Source: an uncultured Bacilli bacterium (lineage in GTDB: Bacteria > Bacillota_I > Bacilli_A > RF39 > UBA660). From it: a stretch of 50,901 bases of DNA. Each line of letters begins with the position of its first letter. Position 1 is the first letter of the stretch. Positions 29,923 to 39,956 of the stretch are shown piece by piece. Location of the stretch: NCBI GenBank assembly GCA_947628145.1, contig CANQYU010000003.1, positions 1 through 50,901 on the forward strand, in the 5' to 3' direction. The position numbers and the translations under genes were made by a program. The notes beneath the pieces were generated by a model. The model saw only the letters and a program-made list of their open reading frames with translations, searched no databases and was not told where the DNA came from.

Positions 29923-31134
29923 ATGAAAAAGAAAATATTAATAATTGCTAGTATTATAGTTTTAAGTGCTCTTGGAATTATAGTCGGGTTAAAACTTTAT
30001 CGTAATTATCAAATTAAACATGCGGTTATTATTGTTGAGTTAAAAGAACCTTTAGAAACCGAATTTTTAAGTAAAGTAAAAGTTTCTGATTTTATTACAA
30101 ATATAAATGGTAAAATAGTTAATGATTATGAAATAAATACTAAAAATATTGGTGAAAAAAAAGTTAAATTTACTTATATAAATGATGATAATATTAAAAT
30201 AAATCAAGAATATACTCTAACTATTAAAGATACTACGGCCCCAATAGTTTGGTTAAGTGGCTCTTATTCTGTTAATGTTGGTAGTAATATTAATCTTTTA
30301 GACAAAATAATGTGCGGCGATAATTATGACGCTAATCCCGTCTGTGAAATAATTGGCGATTATGATATGAATACCGCGAACACTTATCCTTTAACTTTTA
30401 AAGCCACAGATTCAAGTGGTAATGTAACTGAAAAGAAATTTAATTTATATGTCCGAAAACCGGCTTCTTCAAGTGGCAATTCGGGCGGTTCTAGTTCTCC
30501 AGCACCCCGGACAGAATTTAGTGATGTTATCAAAAATTATAAAACCGCCAACACGGAAATAGGTTTAGATATTTCCGAATTTCAAGGAGATGTTGATTAT
30601 AATAAATTAAAAGAAGCTGGGGTAGAATTTGTTATCCTCCGAGTTGGTAGTACACGAGGAATTAAAGGCGATTATTTTGTTGATAAAAAATTTCATGATA
30701 ATATCAAGAAAGCTAACGAAGCTGGTATTCCCGTTGGTATTTATTTTTATAGCTATGCTGATAGTAAAGAAAAAGCTATTAAAGACGCTAAATGGCTTTT
30801 AAATGAAATAAAAGGTTATAAAGTTGATTTACCAATTGCATTTGATTGGGAAAACTGGAGTTTTTATAATGAATTTAATTTAAGTTTCTTTGGTTTAACT
30901 GATATGGCTAATGCTTTCTTAGATACTTTTAAAGCCGCGGGATATGAGGGTATGCTTTATAGTAGTAAAGCTTATTTAGAGCAAATATGGTTAGAAACTT
31001 CTTATCCTGTTTGGCTTGCTCATTATACTAAACAAACAAATTATCAAGGAAAATATAGTTATTGGCAATTATGTAGTGATGGTCGTGTCGCCGGTATTAA
31101 TGGTAATGTTGATATAGATATTCGTTATAAATAA
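29923..31134 (+). CDS. Membrane-anchored GH25 lysozyme/muramidase with Ig-like repeats
   Basis: GLDISEFQG, GIYFYS, AFDWE, WLAHY, WQ...VDID; DTTAP/ATDSSGN Ig-like segments. Confidence 0.9.
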   Translation: MKKKILIIASIIVLSALGIIVGLKLYRNYQIKHAVIIVELKEPLETEFLSKVKVSDFITNINGKIVNDYEINTKNIGEKKVKFTYINDDNIKINQEYTLTIKDTTAPIVWLSGSYSVNVGSNINLLDKIMCGDNYDANPVCEIIGDYDMNTANTYPLTFKATDSSGNVTEKKFNLYVRKPASSSGNSGGSSSPAPRTEFSDVIKNYKTANTEIGLDISEFQGDVDYNKLKEAGVEFVILRVGSTRGIKGDYFVDKKFHDNIKKANEAGIPVGIYFYSYADSKEKAIKDAKWLLNEIKGYKVDLPIAFDWENWSFYNEFNLSFFGLTDMANAFLDTFKAAGYEGMLYSSKAYLEQIWLETSYPVWLAHYTKQTNYQGKYSYWQLCSDGRVAGINGNVDIDIRYK

Positions 31135-31157
31135 ATATTTAGCATATATTTTAATAG

Positions 31158-31760
31158 GTGATTACTATTAAAACAATTGGTGTTATTTTAAGAACTTTTT
31201 CTGAAAATAATAAAATTTTTATAGGTACGAGAAAAGATGTCTTTAATACTTTAAAAAAATTTAATGTTAATTTTATTGGAATACCTATTAATAATACTTT
31301 TAATAATATTCTTAAAAGTATATCTTTATGTGATGGCATTATTTTACCGGGAGGCGAGACTTATACTCAAAATGATTTCCTTTTAATAAAATATTTATAT
31401 CAAAATAATATTCCTACTTTAGGTATTTGTTTAGGTATGCAACTGATGGCTAAATGTTTTGGCTCTCAAGAACAAAATTTATCTAAACATTATAGCTCTA
31501 GAAAATATGTTCATTATATTACTATTACCGAAGATAGTTTATTATTTAAAATATTAAAAAAGCCTAAAATTAAAGTTAATTCTCGCCATCATAGTTATAT
31601 TCCTAAAACTAATTTAAAAGTAAATGCTTTATGTCATAATATTATCGAAGGGGTCGAAGCTCCGAATAAAAAATTTTTTTTAGGTGTAGAATGGCACCCC
31701 GAAAGTTTAAATGACTCTAATAGTTATAAATTATTTAAATATTTTATTAATATTTTATAA
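31158..31760 (+). CDS. Peptidase C26 / gamma-glutamyl-gamma-aminobutyrate hydrolase family
   Basis: GIILPGG, GICLGMQ, VNSRH, GVEWHPE. Confidence 0.88.
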   Translation: MITIKTIGVILRTFSENNKIFIGTRKDVFNTLKKFNVNFIGIPINNTFNNILKSISLCDGIILPGGETYTQNDFLLIKYLYQNNIPTLGICLGMQLMAKCFGSQEQNLSKHYSSRKYVHYITITEDSLLFKILKKPKIKVNSRHHSYIPKTNLKVNALCHNIIEGVEAPNKKFFLGVEWHPESLNDSNSYKLFKYFINIL

Positions 31761-31782
31761 AGAAAAAAGTAACTTTATTTCG

Positions 31783-32520
31783 TTACTTTTTTTCATAAAA
31801 GCTTTTAATAGAAACTAAAATTCTTTTTATATTTTCTTCTTTAAATGGTTTATTTAAGACATCTAATATTGGATAACTGAAAGCTTTTTTAATTGTTTCT
31901 TCGCTATCATCCCCAGTAATAATAACTACTGGAATATTTTCAAATAAATTATTTTCTTTCATATAATCTAATACCTCAAATCCATTAATTCCTGGCATAT
32001 TTAAATCTAATAATAAGGCATATATATTTTTATTTAAATTAGCAATCGCTTCACTCCCATTATTAGCTCTAATAATTTTAAATTCCTTATCAATATTTTT
32101 TTCAATAAAATTAAGCATTATATTAGAATCATCCGCAATAATAAGTTGTTTCTTACCATCACTATCGTCTAAATATTCTGTTAATAATTTATCAATTTTT
32201 AAAATAGTTTCTTTTAAATTTTCAAAATTATTTTGAATAAAATCTTTATTTTCTTCTTTTCCAGCCATTTCATGTTGTAAAAATATTTCGGCATCCTCCA
32301 TAAAACCTAAATATTTAGCTTCACTTTTAGTACTATGGGCGAGAATACCATAATTATTAAAATCGTTATTATTTTTATAATATTCTAAATTTTTAATTTT
32401 TTCATTTAAAGAATTTTTATATTCTCTTAAACTATCATTATAAGAATCTAAATCTCCCCAAAATTCTAAAGCTTCATCCACATGAACTCCATAATTTTTT
32501 AATAAGTCTAACTTTTCCAT
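31783..32520 (-). CDS. Hpt + receiver domain protein
   Basis: N-terminal Hpt (AHSTKSEAKYLG), C-terminal REC (IADD, LDLNMP, NKPF); no output domain. Confidence 0.82.
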   Translation of the reverse strand: MEKLDLLKNYGVHVDEALEFWGDLDSYNDSLREYKNSLNEKIKNLEYYKNNNDFNNYGILAHSTKSEAKYLGFMEDAEIFLQHEMAGKEENKDFIQNNFENLKETILKIDKLLTEYLDDSDGKKQLIIADDSNIMLNFIEKNIDKEFKIIRANNGSEAIANLNKNIYALLLDLNMPGINGFEVLDYMKENNLFENIPVVIITGDDSEETIKKAFSYPILDVLNKPFKEENIKRILVSIKSFYEKK

Positions 32521-32533
32521 TCTTTTACCTCCT

Positions 32534-34393
32534 TTATTTCAAAAACTTAGTTAATATTTTATTTAATAAGTATCTATCAATCGGTTTAGATAAATATTCG
32601 TCAAAACCAGCATTTTTATATTTTTCATCCGTGCCCTCAATGGCATCCGCGGTTAAAGCAATCACGGGAACATTAAATCCCGGAATTTCTTTTAATTTAT
32701 TTAAAACTTCAATACCATTCATTTTTGGCATCATAATATCCATTAATATTAAATCAAAAGTTTTTTCTCCACAAACCTCAATTGCTTCCATTCCACTTGT
32801 TACCGAAACTATATCAAAATGATAAGGTTTTAAAACATTTTCGGCTACTTTTAAATTAATTTTAGAATCATCAACCACTAGTATCTTTTTACCACTAAAG
32901 GCATTATAATCAATCTCAATTTCCTCTGTTTTACTTTCGGGAATTTCCATGCTAATTATTTCTTGTTCTAGATAAATTCTAAATGTTGAACCCTCTCCAT
33001 ATTTACTAAAAACATTAACTCGGCCCCCCATCATTTCTGTTAAACTTTTTGTAATCGCAAGTCCTAAACCAGTTCCCTCAATTGTTGTATTTTTATCTTC
33101 GTCAATTCGTTCAAATTTATTAAATAATTTATCTAAATTTTCTTTTTTAATTCCTCGACCTGTATCTTTAACTGATATATAAAGTAAACTAGTTTTTGTA
33201 TCCATTCTATTGATACAATTAACATTAAAGTTTATTTCTCCTTTATCTGTATATTTAGCCGCATTAGTTAAAATATTTAAAATAATTTGTTTAAGTTTAG
33301 CTACATCGCCTTTAAGTATTCCTGGTAAATCTTCGGAATAAGTATATTTAAATTCAATCGGTTTTTCGCCAATTCTGGGAATTACTAATTTACATAAAGA
33401 ATTAAATACCTCCCGAGGATTATATTCTTTAAGAATAATTTCCATTTTATTAGCTTCAATTTTTGATATATCAAGTATTCCATTAACTATTTCTAATAAG
33501 TTATTTGACGCATCAACAATATCTTTAGCAAAACCTTTAGTTTCTTCGCTTAAATCTTTTGCTTCCAACATACATTCACTAAAACCTACAATGGCATTAA
33601 GTGGTGTTCTAATTTCATGAGACATATTAGATAAAAATTCTGTTTTGGCTTTATTAGCTTTTTCAGCTTGTTTTTTAGCTATATCTAATTGTTCAATCAT
33701 TTTAATATCCGGATTTTCAATTGTGAAATACATTATTACCATGACTAAAGCCATGACTGGATTAAATAATAATAACTGAGGATTTGATGTTTGAATTGAT
33801 GTTGAAATTAGCATTAAAATTAATAATATAATAATTGGAGTAAATTCTTTACTATTTAATTTTTTTCTAGCTCTAATTAATTCAATTAACATAAAGACAC
33901 ATAAACCCATAATTAAAATCGCGGCAAATGATGTAGCAGGACCTTGAGTATAACCTGTCGCGCCATTATCTAATAAAATAAATTTTACTGGTAATAATAA
34001 AATAATAATTAAAACTATAATATAAGAAATATTAATAATATTATTTAATTTTTTCTTATTTTGTAATGCAGATAGTTTATTATTTCTTGCTTTATCACAT
34101 ATTAATAAAGTATATTTAGCAATTAAAATAAACCAACCTACAACAATTCCTACAAACAGTTTACTTAAAATTAAAAATAAAGATAAACCTATTCCGTCTT
34201 TAACTAAACTTGTATTACCGGTCATATATAATATAAATTCAATTATTATGGCATTAAGATTAGTTATAAGCATTTTTTTATAAATTTCGGTATCATCATT
34301 AGATACTCTTTTTTTAACAAAAAATAATATCACAATTAGTCCTAAATAAAGTGTGGACATAAATAACATAACCATTTGAATAACTTTAAGCAT
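32534..34393 (-). CDS. Hybrid sensor histidine kinase (multi-TM, HisKA, HATPase, REC)
   Basis: FLSNMSHEIRTPLN, NAAKYT, GTGLGL, LMDIMMP, SKP. Confidence 0.95.
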   Translation of the reverse strand: MLKVIQMVMLFMSTLYLGLIVILFFVKKRVSNDDTEIYKKMLITNLNAIIIEFILYMTGNTSLVKDGIGLSLFLILSKLFVGIVVGWFILIAKYTLLICDKARNNKLSALQNKKKLNNIINISYIIVLIIILLLPVKFILLDNGATGYTQGPATSFAAILIMGLCVFMLIELIRARKKLNSKEFTPIIILLILMLISTSIQTSNPQLLLFNPVMALVMVIMYFTIENPDIKMIEQLDIAKKQAEKANKAKTEFLSNMSHEIRTPLNAIVGFSECMLEAKDLSEETKGFAKDIVDASNNLLEIVNGILDISKIEANKMEIILKEYNPREVFNSLCKLVIPRIGEKPIEFKYTYSEDLPGILKGDVAKLKQIILNILTNAAKYTDKGEINFNVNCINRMDTKTSLLYISVKDTGRGIKKENLDKLFNKFERIDEDKNTTIEGTGLGLAITKSLTEMMGGRVNVFSKYGEGSTFRIYLEQEIISMEIPESKTEEIEIDYNAFSGKKILVVDDSKINLKVAENVLKPYHFDIVSVTSGMEAIEVCGEKTFDLILMDIMMPKMNGIEVLNKLKEIPGFNVPVIALTADAIEGTDEKYKNAGFDEYLSKPIDRYLLNKILTKFLK

Positions 34394-34471
34394 TTTCTAA
34401 ACCACCTCTATTATAATTATACAATAATTATCTAAATTTTAAAAGATTAAAACTAAATAAAAAAAGAACAA

Positions 34472-36259
34472 TTAATTTAATGTTCTTTCTCTAGATTTAC
34501 CTTTTAGTTGAGCATAAATATTATCAAAATATTTATAATCAGGTTTAGTCGCATTTAAATAAGGAATATTATCAGTAAGAATAAAATCAGTTGGTATTTC
34601 AAAAGGATATAAAGCACCACTATCTATAACTAATTTTTTAATCTTTTCCTCATCCATATCTTCTAAAGAATTTGGTACAAAGAAAGCCACAAATTCTTCC
34701 CAAGAACGACCTGTCTCCGTCATTATAATTGCACAATCTTTAATAAAAGGTAATGCTCGTATTTTAGCTTCGATAGTATCCAAAGAGAATTTAAAATCTT
34801 CTCTCGTAACTACTCTGGTTGTTCTTCCTGTAATATGAACAAAACCAGTCTCATCCATATATCCTAAATCTTTTGTATCAAACCATTCTTCTCCATCTTT
34901 ATAAGTTTTAGCTTCTTCAGTTTCTGTTGGTAAATTTTCATATCTTAAAAATCTACTATCACTTTGTTCAAAAACTAAACCAATTTCTCCAGGTTTAACT
35001 AATTCTTGAGTATCTTTATTAACAAATATTAAATTAGTTCCAATTACTGGATAACCAGCACTACCATTAATATTTTTAGTATTACTATTTGCTGTAATTG
35101 CTCCCGCAAATTCATTTTGTCCGTAAGCATTACAAATTTCTCCTTGATAACCTTTCTTACGAGCTAATTCCATCATATTATCAAGTTCTTCTTTATCCAT
35201 TTTAGAACCTGCGCCCAAAATTGTTCCAATATAAGACATATCTTTTATATCTTCGTCACTCATAATAAGTCTTATAAATACTGGGGCTGTAAACGTACTA
35301 ACTTTGGCATCATTTCTTAAATTATATTTTTCTTTATAACTTGGAAATTCTTTAATAAAAGTATTTAATTTATTAGATAAATCAGGAGTACCATTACCGC
35401 CAATGGAAATAACCTCCGCTCCACTTAAAATTCCTGTATATAAAGTTGTTACTAAACCAAGACCAATTTGAGACGGAATATTTTTAATTAAAACATCTCC
35501 ATCATTAATTGGTGCGTCTAAAAATAGCATTTTTTGAGCCGCGGAATTTATACTAAAATCTGTATGACTAATTGGTTTAGCAGGACCCGTAGTTCCACTA
35601 CTATTTATAATTAAAGTAACTTTTCCATCTTGATAAGCTGCTGCTTCCTTTTTAACATTTTGGCTATTATATAATTCTTCATAAGTAGTTATACCATCAT
35701 GTTTTTCTTTAGCATTGGCTACCACTACTTTAATATTCTTTTCATTAATTACGGGATTTAAAGGTAAAAAACATTCATCCATTACAATTAAATCTAAATT
35801 ACATTCTTCTACATTGTGTTTCATTGATGGAACAGCTTTCATATAATCGATATATTTACTAGTTGCTCCCAGTTTACTTACTGCTAAAAGGTTAACTATT
35901 TCTTCAATACTACCATTAAGCATTACTCCAACCATTGATTTATCATTAATACCTAATTCGTCTAATCCATTTGCAGCTTTATCAACAAGTTCTAAAACCT
36001 CTCTATGTGTATATCTTTTTTTCGTTTCAAAAACATAAATAGCCGCCTCATCTAAATGTTTTAAAGCATAATTTTTATAGGTTGTATAAAAAGTATTATG
36101 TACATCAAAATAAGCTTTTTCATTATCTCGATAATTAACAGTCCAAGGTTTATCAACATATACTTGTCCTGTAAGTGGTCCATATGTTTTTCCTAAATGA
36201 ATATCTCTTAAATATAAATCTCTTAATATTTTTTCACTAATATTATTATTTAATTCCAT
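34472..36259 (-). CDS. ANL superfamily AMP-binding enzyme (acyl-CoA synthetase-like)
   Basis: SSGTTGPAK, AYGQNE, DTKDLG, ITGR, terminal K motif. Confidence 0.85.
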   Translation of the reverse strand: MELNNNISEKILRDLYLRDIHLGKTYGPLTGQVYVDKPWTVNYRDNEKAYFDVHNTFYTTYKNYALKHLDEAAIYVFETKKRYTHREVLELVDKAANGLDELGINDKSMVGVMLNGSIEEIVNLLAVSKLGATSKYIDYMKAVPSMKHNVEECNLDLIVMDECFLPLNPVINEKNIKVVVANAKEKHDGITTYEELYNSQNVKKEAAAYQDGKVTLIINSSGTTGPAKPISHTDFSINSAAQKMLFLDAPINDGDVLIKNIPSQIGLGLVTTLYTGILSGAEVISIGGNGTPDLSNKLNTFIKEFPSYKEKYNLRNDAKVSTFTAPVFIRLIMSDEDIKDMSYIGTILGAGSKMDKEELDNMMELARKKGYQGEICNAYGQNEFAGAITANSNTKNINGSAGYPVIGTNLIFVNKDTQELVKPGEIGLVFEQSDSRFLRYENLPTETEEAKTYKDGEEWFDTKDLGYMDETGFVHITGRTTRVVTREDFKFSLDTIEAKIRALPFIKDCAIIMTETGRSWEEFVAFFVPNSLEDMDEEKIKKLVIDSGALYPFEIPTDFILTDNIPYLNATKPDYKYFDNIYAQLKGKSRERTLN

Positions 36260-36331
36260 AATTTTCCCTCCAAAAATCTACTTTAACTATATTATAATAA
36301 TTATTTAAATGCAAGAAAATATTTACACTAA

Positions 36332-36349
36332 TGTATCAAATATGATACA
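36332..36349. promoter_or_regulatory. Palindromic operator TGTATCA-AATA-TGATACA overlapping the HTH gene promoter
   Basis: Perfect 7-bp inverted repeat between TTTACA (36322) and TACAAT (36346). Confidence 0.55.
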
Positions 36350-36370
36350 ATTATTACGGTGATTTGACGT

Positions 36371-36637
36371 ATGAAATATGACCCTAGTTATGTTGACTAC
36401 TCCTACGATGGTGGACTTTTAAATGAAATATTTATAAAAGAATTTATAAGATTTCGCAAAGAAAATAATTTAACCCAAGATTTATTCTCGAAATTTTCTA
36501 ATGTTCCCCGTGAAAAAATAGCTCGCATTGAAAATGGTTCTCATTCTCCAAGTATTTTAAATTTATTAAAAATATTAGGCCCTATTGGCTATACTATAAA
36601 AATAGTTAAAGTAGACCATAATAATATTCAAAATTAA
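36371..36637 (+). CDS. XRE-family HTH protein
   Basis: RKENNLTQ...IARIENGSHSPSI. Confidence 0.8.
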   Translation: MKYDPSYVDYSYDGGLLNEIFIKEFIRFRKENNLTQDLFSKFSNVPREKIARIENGSHSPSILNLLKILGPIGYTIKIVKVDHNNIQN

Positions 36638-36670
36638 AAATTTTTGCTATAATATAGTAATGGTGATTAT

Positions 36671-37531
36671 ATGAATAGATATGAAAGCACTAAAAAAGTC
36701 AGTTTAATTGGTATGTTAAGCAATATTTTTTTGCTTGTCATAAAATTTGTAGTCGCCTATATTTCTCATAGTGAAGCTCTTCTAGCCGATGCAGCCAACT
36801 CTGGAGGAGATATTTTTTCTTCTCTAATGTCTTATATTGGTAATAAAATCGCGAGTCATCCTAGTGATGAAGACCATAATTTTGGTCATGGCAAAGCTGA
36901 ATATATCTTTTCTTTATTAATAGGTATATCTATGCTTTTAGTTGCTTCTAAAATATTTTACGATTCTTTTTGTTCTATTTTAAATCATAGTCAATTTATT
37001 TTTTCCTTTTATTTAGTAATTGTTTGTATTATAACTATTTTAATTAAATTAGCTTTATATTTTTATTGTAAATTAAATTACAATAAACATCATAATATTT
37101 TATTAAAAGCTACTATGCAAGATAATCGTAATGATGCTATATTATCTTTTGGTACTCTTATTTCCGTTATGTTAGGTTTCTTTGGCTATTACTATTTTGA
37201 TGGTATCCTTGGTTGTTTAACCTCTCTTTATATAATATTTACTGGAATATCTATTTTTATAGAAAGTTATAAAATATTAATGGATGTTTCCTTAGCTAAA
37301 GAATATACGGACGAAATAGTAAAATATATTTTAAAAAATAAAGATATAAAAGATGTATCAGATTTTTCGACTATTCCTACTGGTTATAAACATATTGCTA
37401 TTTTAACTATTAATGTTGATGGTAATTTAACTACTTTTAAATCCCATGAACTAGCCGATAATTTAGAAAAAGAAATACCTTTACAATATCATAAAATATA
37501 TAAAGTAATAATTCATGTAAACCCTATTTGA
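36671..37531 (+). CDS. Cation diffusion facilitator (FieF-like) transporter
   Basis: ALLADAANSGGD, HNFGHGKAE, DNRND, IIHVNP. Confidence 0.92.
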   Translation: MNRYESTKKVSLIGMLSNIFLLVIKFVVAYISHSEALLADAANSGGDIFSSLMSYIGNKIASHPSDEDHNFGHGKAEYIFSLLIGISMLLVASKIFYDSFCSILNHSQFIFSFYLVIVCIITILIKLALYFYCKLNYNKHHNILLKATMQDNRNDAILSFGTLISVMLGFFGYYYFDGILGCLTSLYIIFTGISIFIESYKILMDVSLAKEYTDEIVKYILKNKDIKDVSDFSTIPTGYKHIAILTINVDGNLTTFKSHELADNLEKEIPLQYHKIYKVIIHVNPI

Positions 37532-37754
37532 TAATACTTTTCGGATAGGGTTTTCTTTCGTCTGTTAATCCAATTAAATAATCAATTGAAGTATCATAAA
37601 ACTTAGCTAACTTTTCTAAATGATAAATAGGAATAACTCTAAGTCCGGTTTCATACCTAGAATATTGTACTTGTGTAATTTTTAATATTTTAGCAATATC
37701 TTCTTGTTTTAAATCTTTATCATTTCTAATTTCTTTTAATCTTTCAATTTTCAT
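37524..37754 (-). CDS. XRE-family repressor (cassette 1)
   Basis: RLKEIRNDKDLKQEDIA...YSRYETG...SIDYLIGLTD; RBS GAGG before ATG 37754. Confidence 0.88.
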   Translation of the reverse strand: MKIERLKEIRNDKDLKQEDIAKILKITQVQYSRYETGLRVIPIYHLEKLAKFYDTSIDYLIGLTDERKPYPKSIIK

Positions 37755-37798
37755 ACGTTTACCTCTATTTAATTTTGGCACAATACCACTTATTTTGC

Positions 37799-37850
37799 TT
37801 GACTATATATCCAATTGGTTATATAATTTAAATATAACTAAATGGATATA
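37799..37850 (+). promoter_or_regulatory. Sigma-A promoter of cassette 1 target with inverted-repeat operator
   Basis: TTGACT(37799)-17-TATAAT(37822); 17/19 inverted repeat 37806-37824 / 37832-37850. Confidence 0.7.
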
Positions 37851-37870
37851 AAAGAATAAGGAGAATAAGA

Positions 37871-39250
37871 ATGAAAATAGAAAGATTAGAATTAAGTAAT
37901 AATAAACTTAAATATATAGTTATAGGTGTAATAATAACCTTATTATTAGTAATATTAATAAATTATTTAACTACAAGAGCAAGTTACAGAAATACGGAAA
38001 GTATAGAATTAGCTAAAGGAACAATAAATTATAGTTTAGTAGATTTAGAAATAGTAAGTATAACAATAGATGGTTCTCCAAGTGATATTATGCCTGGGGA
38101 TGGATATGCATTAAAAGATACAAGTTATTGTACCGAAAAAGTAGGAGACACCGATACACCAAGTGATACCATAGAATTAACATATGAAAATGGGATATTA
38201 AACATAACCCCATATACCACAAAAGGAACAAATTGTTATTTAGAGTTTGAGAAATATGTTCCACCAACTGCGGAAGATATGTTAGCTAAATTGGAAACGG
38301 CCAAAGGAAGCCAATATTCAATAAGTACATTAAGTGCACCAATGACAAAAAACCAAGAGGCTTCTACAAATAAATTGTATAAATATCCTGAAGGAAGCGA
38401 TTATACATATATATTTAGAGGAAATGTAACAGATAATTGGCTCAACTTTGCTGGCCATACTTGGAGAATAATAAGAATAAATAGTGATGGAACACTAAGA
38501 ATAATATTTTCATGCGCCACCGAAGATTGTTTTACAACAACAGGTCCTGAAACAAATGCAGTAACAGGTAGTGCGTATAATTCTTCTATTAATGATAATA
38601 CGTATGTAGGATATTATTTTGGAACCCCAAGTTCAAGTAGTTATGAAGAAACCCATAAAAGTTTAGCCACAAATCCAAGTAATGTAGCAACAGCAGTAAA
38701 AGATTGGTATAACGGAACTGGAGCTATGTCAAGTTATGAAAGCAAAATAAGTGGAAGCACAGGTTTTTGTAATGACCGGAGTTTATATGTATCAAGTGGA
38801 TATGGAAATGGTGCTGGAAATCAAATCTCATTATATGGAGCATATGGAAGATTTGTAGATGCCAGTCAGAATGGTTTAACAAGTGTAACACCGAGTTTAA
38901 ATTGTAGTAGTAATGATTTATTTACTTATAGTAAAGATGCTGGAAAAGGGAATGGAATATTAGAGGTACCAGCAGCATTAATAACCGCTGATGAGGTAGC
39001 ATTAGCCGGAATGTTATATGATTCAGCAGTAACAAGTAATTGGTTATATACGAACGAATATTATTGGACTATGTCTCCGTATAACTGGTACGGTGGTGGT
39101 GCTCACGTGTTCATTTTGACTACCGGTGGCTCTCTCAGCAGCTTCGGCGTGTACTGGACTGCTCCTGGTGTGCGTCCAGTAATAAATCTGAAAGCTAATA
39201 TAAGCATTACCGGAGCAGGAACAACAGATAATCCATTTGTTGCAACATAA
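37871..39250 (+). CDS. Membrane-anchored surface protein with C-terminal CLec-like DGR variable region (target 1)
   Basis: N-terminal TM; WRIIRIN, GFCNDR, LITADE; C-terminal YWTMSP...GVRPVINL. Confidence 0.85.
   Translation: MKIERLELSNNKLKYIVIGVIITLLLVILINYLTTRASYRNTESIELAKGTINYSLVDLEIVSITIDGSPSDIMPGDGYALKDTSYCTEKVGDTDTPSDTIELTYENGILNITPYTTKGTNCYLEFEKYVPPTAEDMLAKLETAKGSQYSISTLSAPMTKNQEASTNKLYKYPEGSDYTYIFRGNVTDNWLNFAGHTWRIIRINSDGTLRIIFSCATEDCFTTTGPETNAVTGSAYNSSINDNTYVGYYFGTPSSSSYEETHKSLATNPSNVATAVKDWYNGTGAMSSYESKISGSTGFCNDRSLYVSSGYGNGAGNQISLYGAYGRFVDASQNGLTSVTPSLNCSSNDLFTYSKDAGKGNGILEVPAALITADEVALAGMLYDSAVTSNWLYTNEYYWTMSPYNWYGGGAHVFILTTGGSLSSFGVYWTAPGVRPVINLKANISITGAGTTDNPFVAT
39044..39203 (+). 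repeat. DGR-type variable repeat VR1
   Basis: Aligns with 41253-41415; differences concentrated at codon positions 1-2; identical 24-nt 3' block CCTGGTGTGCGTCCAGTAATAAAT. Confidence 0.8.
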
Positions 39251-39254
39251 AAAA

Positions 39255-39296
39255 CTTGTCTATACTGCTTTTCATTCTTATTCATGTATAGACAAG
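39255..39296 (+). other. Conserved 11-bp hairpin just after the target 1 stop codon
   Basis: CTTGTCTATAC / GTATAGACAAG with 20-nt loop. Confidence 0.7.
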
Positions 39297-39308
39297 ATAT
39301 TTATCATT

Positions 39309-39336
39309 AGGTAGAGAGTAATCTCTATCTTTTTTA
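39309..39336 (+). terminator. Intrinsic terminator with GTAA loop
   Basis: AGGTAGAGA-GTAA-TCTCTATCT then T-tract. Confidence 0.7.
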
Positions 39337-39343
39337 TAAATAA

Positions 39344-39802
39344 TTATTTTAAGTATTTAGGGTCATTAGTTCTACCTAATAAATAATCCGCGGAAATATT
39401 ATATTTTTTACAAATAGTATATAAAAAAGAAGTAGCAATACTATTTACACCTCTTTCATAAGAAGAAATAGTCGAAAAAGCAGTATTAAGTAATAATGAT
39501 AATTTAATTTGTGTAATTTTATTTTCTTTCCTAAATTCTTTTAATCTTTTACCGCTTAATTCTTTATTTAAATCTTTATTAATATATAATTTATAATTAA
39601 TATTATCAGTTAAATTAAAAATATAATCTAAAGAAACATTAAAATAGTTGCATAAATAATTTAAGTGTTTAATAGGCATAATATAATCTTCAGTTTCATA
39701 ATGACTATATAAACCTTTATGTATTTTTAATATATTAGCCATTTCTTTTTGAGTATTTCCTACTCTTTCTCTTAATTGTTTTAATCTTTCATTGTAGTAC
39801 AT
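39344..39802 (-). CDS. Double XRE-HTH repressor (cassette 2)
   Basis: Two HTH_3 repeats: RLKQLRE...SLDYIF and RLKEFRKE...SADYLLGRT. Confidence 0.88.
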   Translation of the reverse strand: MYYNERLKQLRERVGNTQKEMANILKIHKGLYSHYETEDYIMPIKHLNYLCNYFNVSLDYIFNLTDNINYKLYINKDLNKELSGKRLKEFRKENKITQIKLSLLLNTAFSTISSYERGVNSIATSFLYTICKKYNISADYLLGRTNDPKYLK

Positions 39803-39874
39803 ACTATCACCACAATAATTTTCTCACGAATAATTAGTAGATTAAAAAAAGGACGCGAAATAATGCAATTTTTC

Positions 39875-39913
39875 TTGACTTTGATTATAGCAGATATTAT
39901 AATTTAAATATAA
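39875..39913 (+). promoter_or_regulatory. Sigma-A promoter of cassette 2 target
   Basis: TTGACT(39875)-17-TATAAT(39898) followed by TTAAATATAA, same as cassette 1. Confidence 0.65.
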
Positions 39914-39956
39914 GTTAGAAAATTACAATATGTTTGATAATAGAAAGGAAAATAAT

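Noticed and set aside
29923-31134. GH25 as a prophage endolysin
   Set aside because: N-terminal membrane anchor and Ig-like repeats; no holin or phage genes nearby
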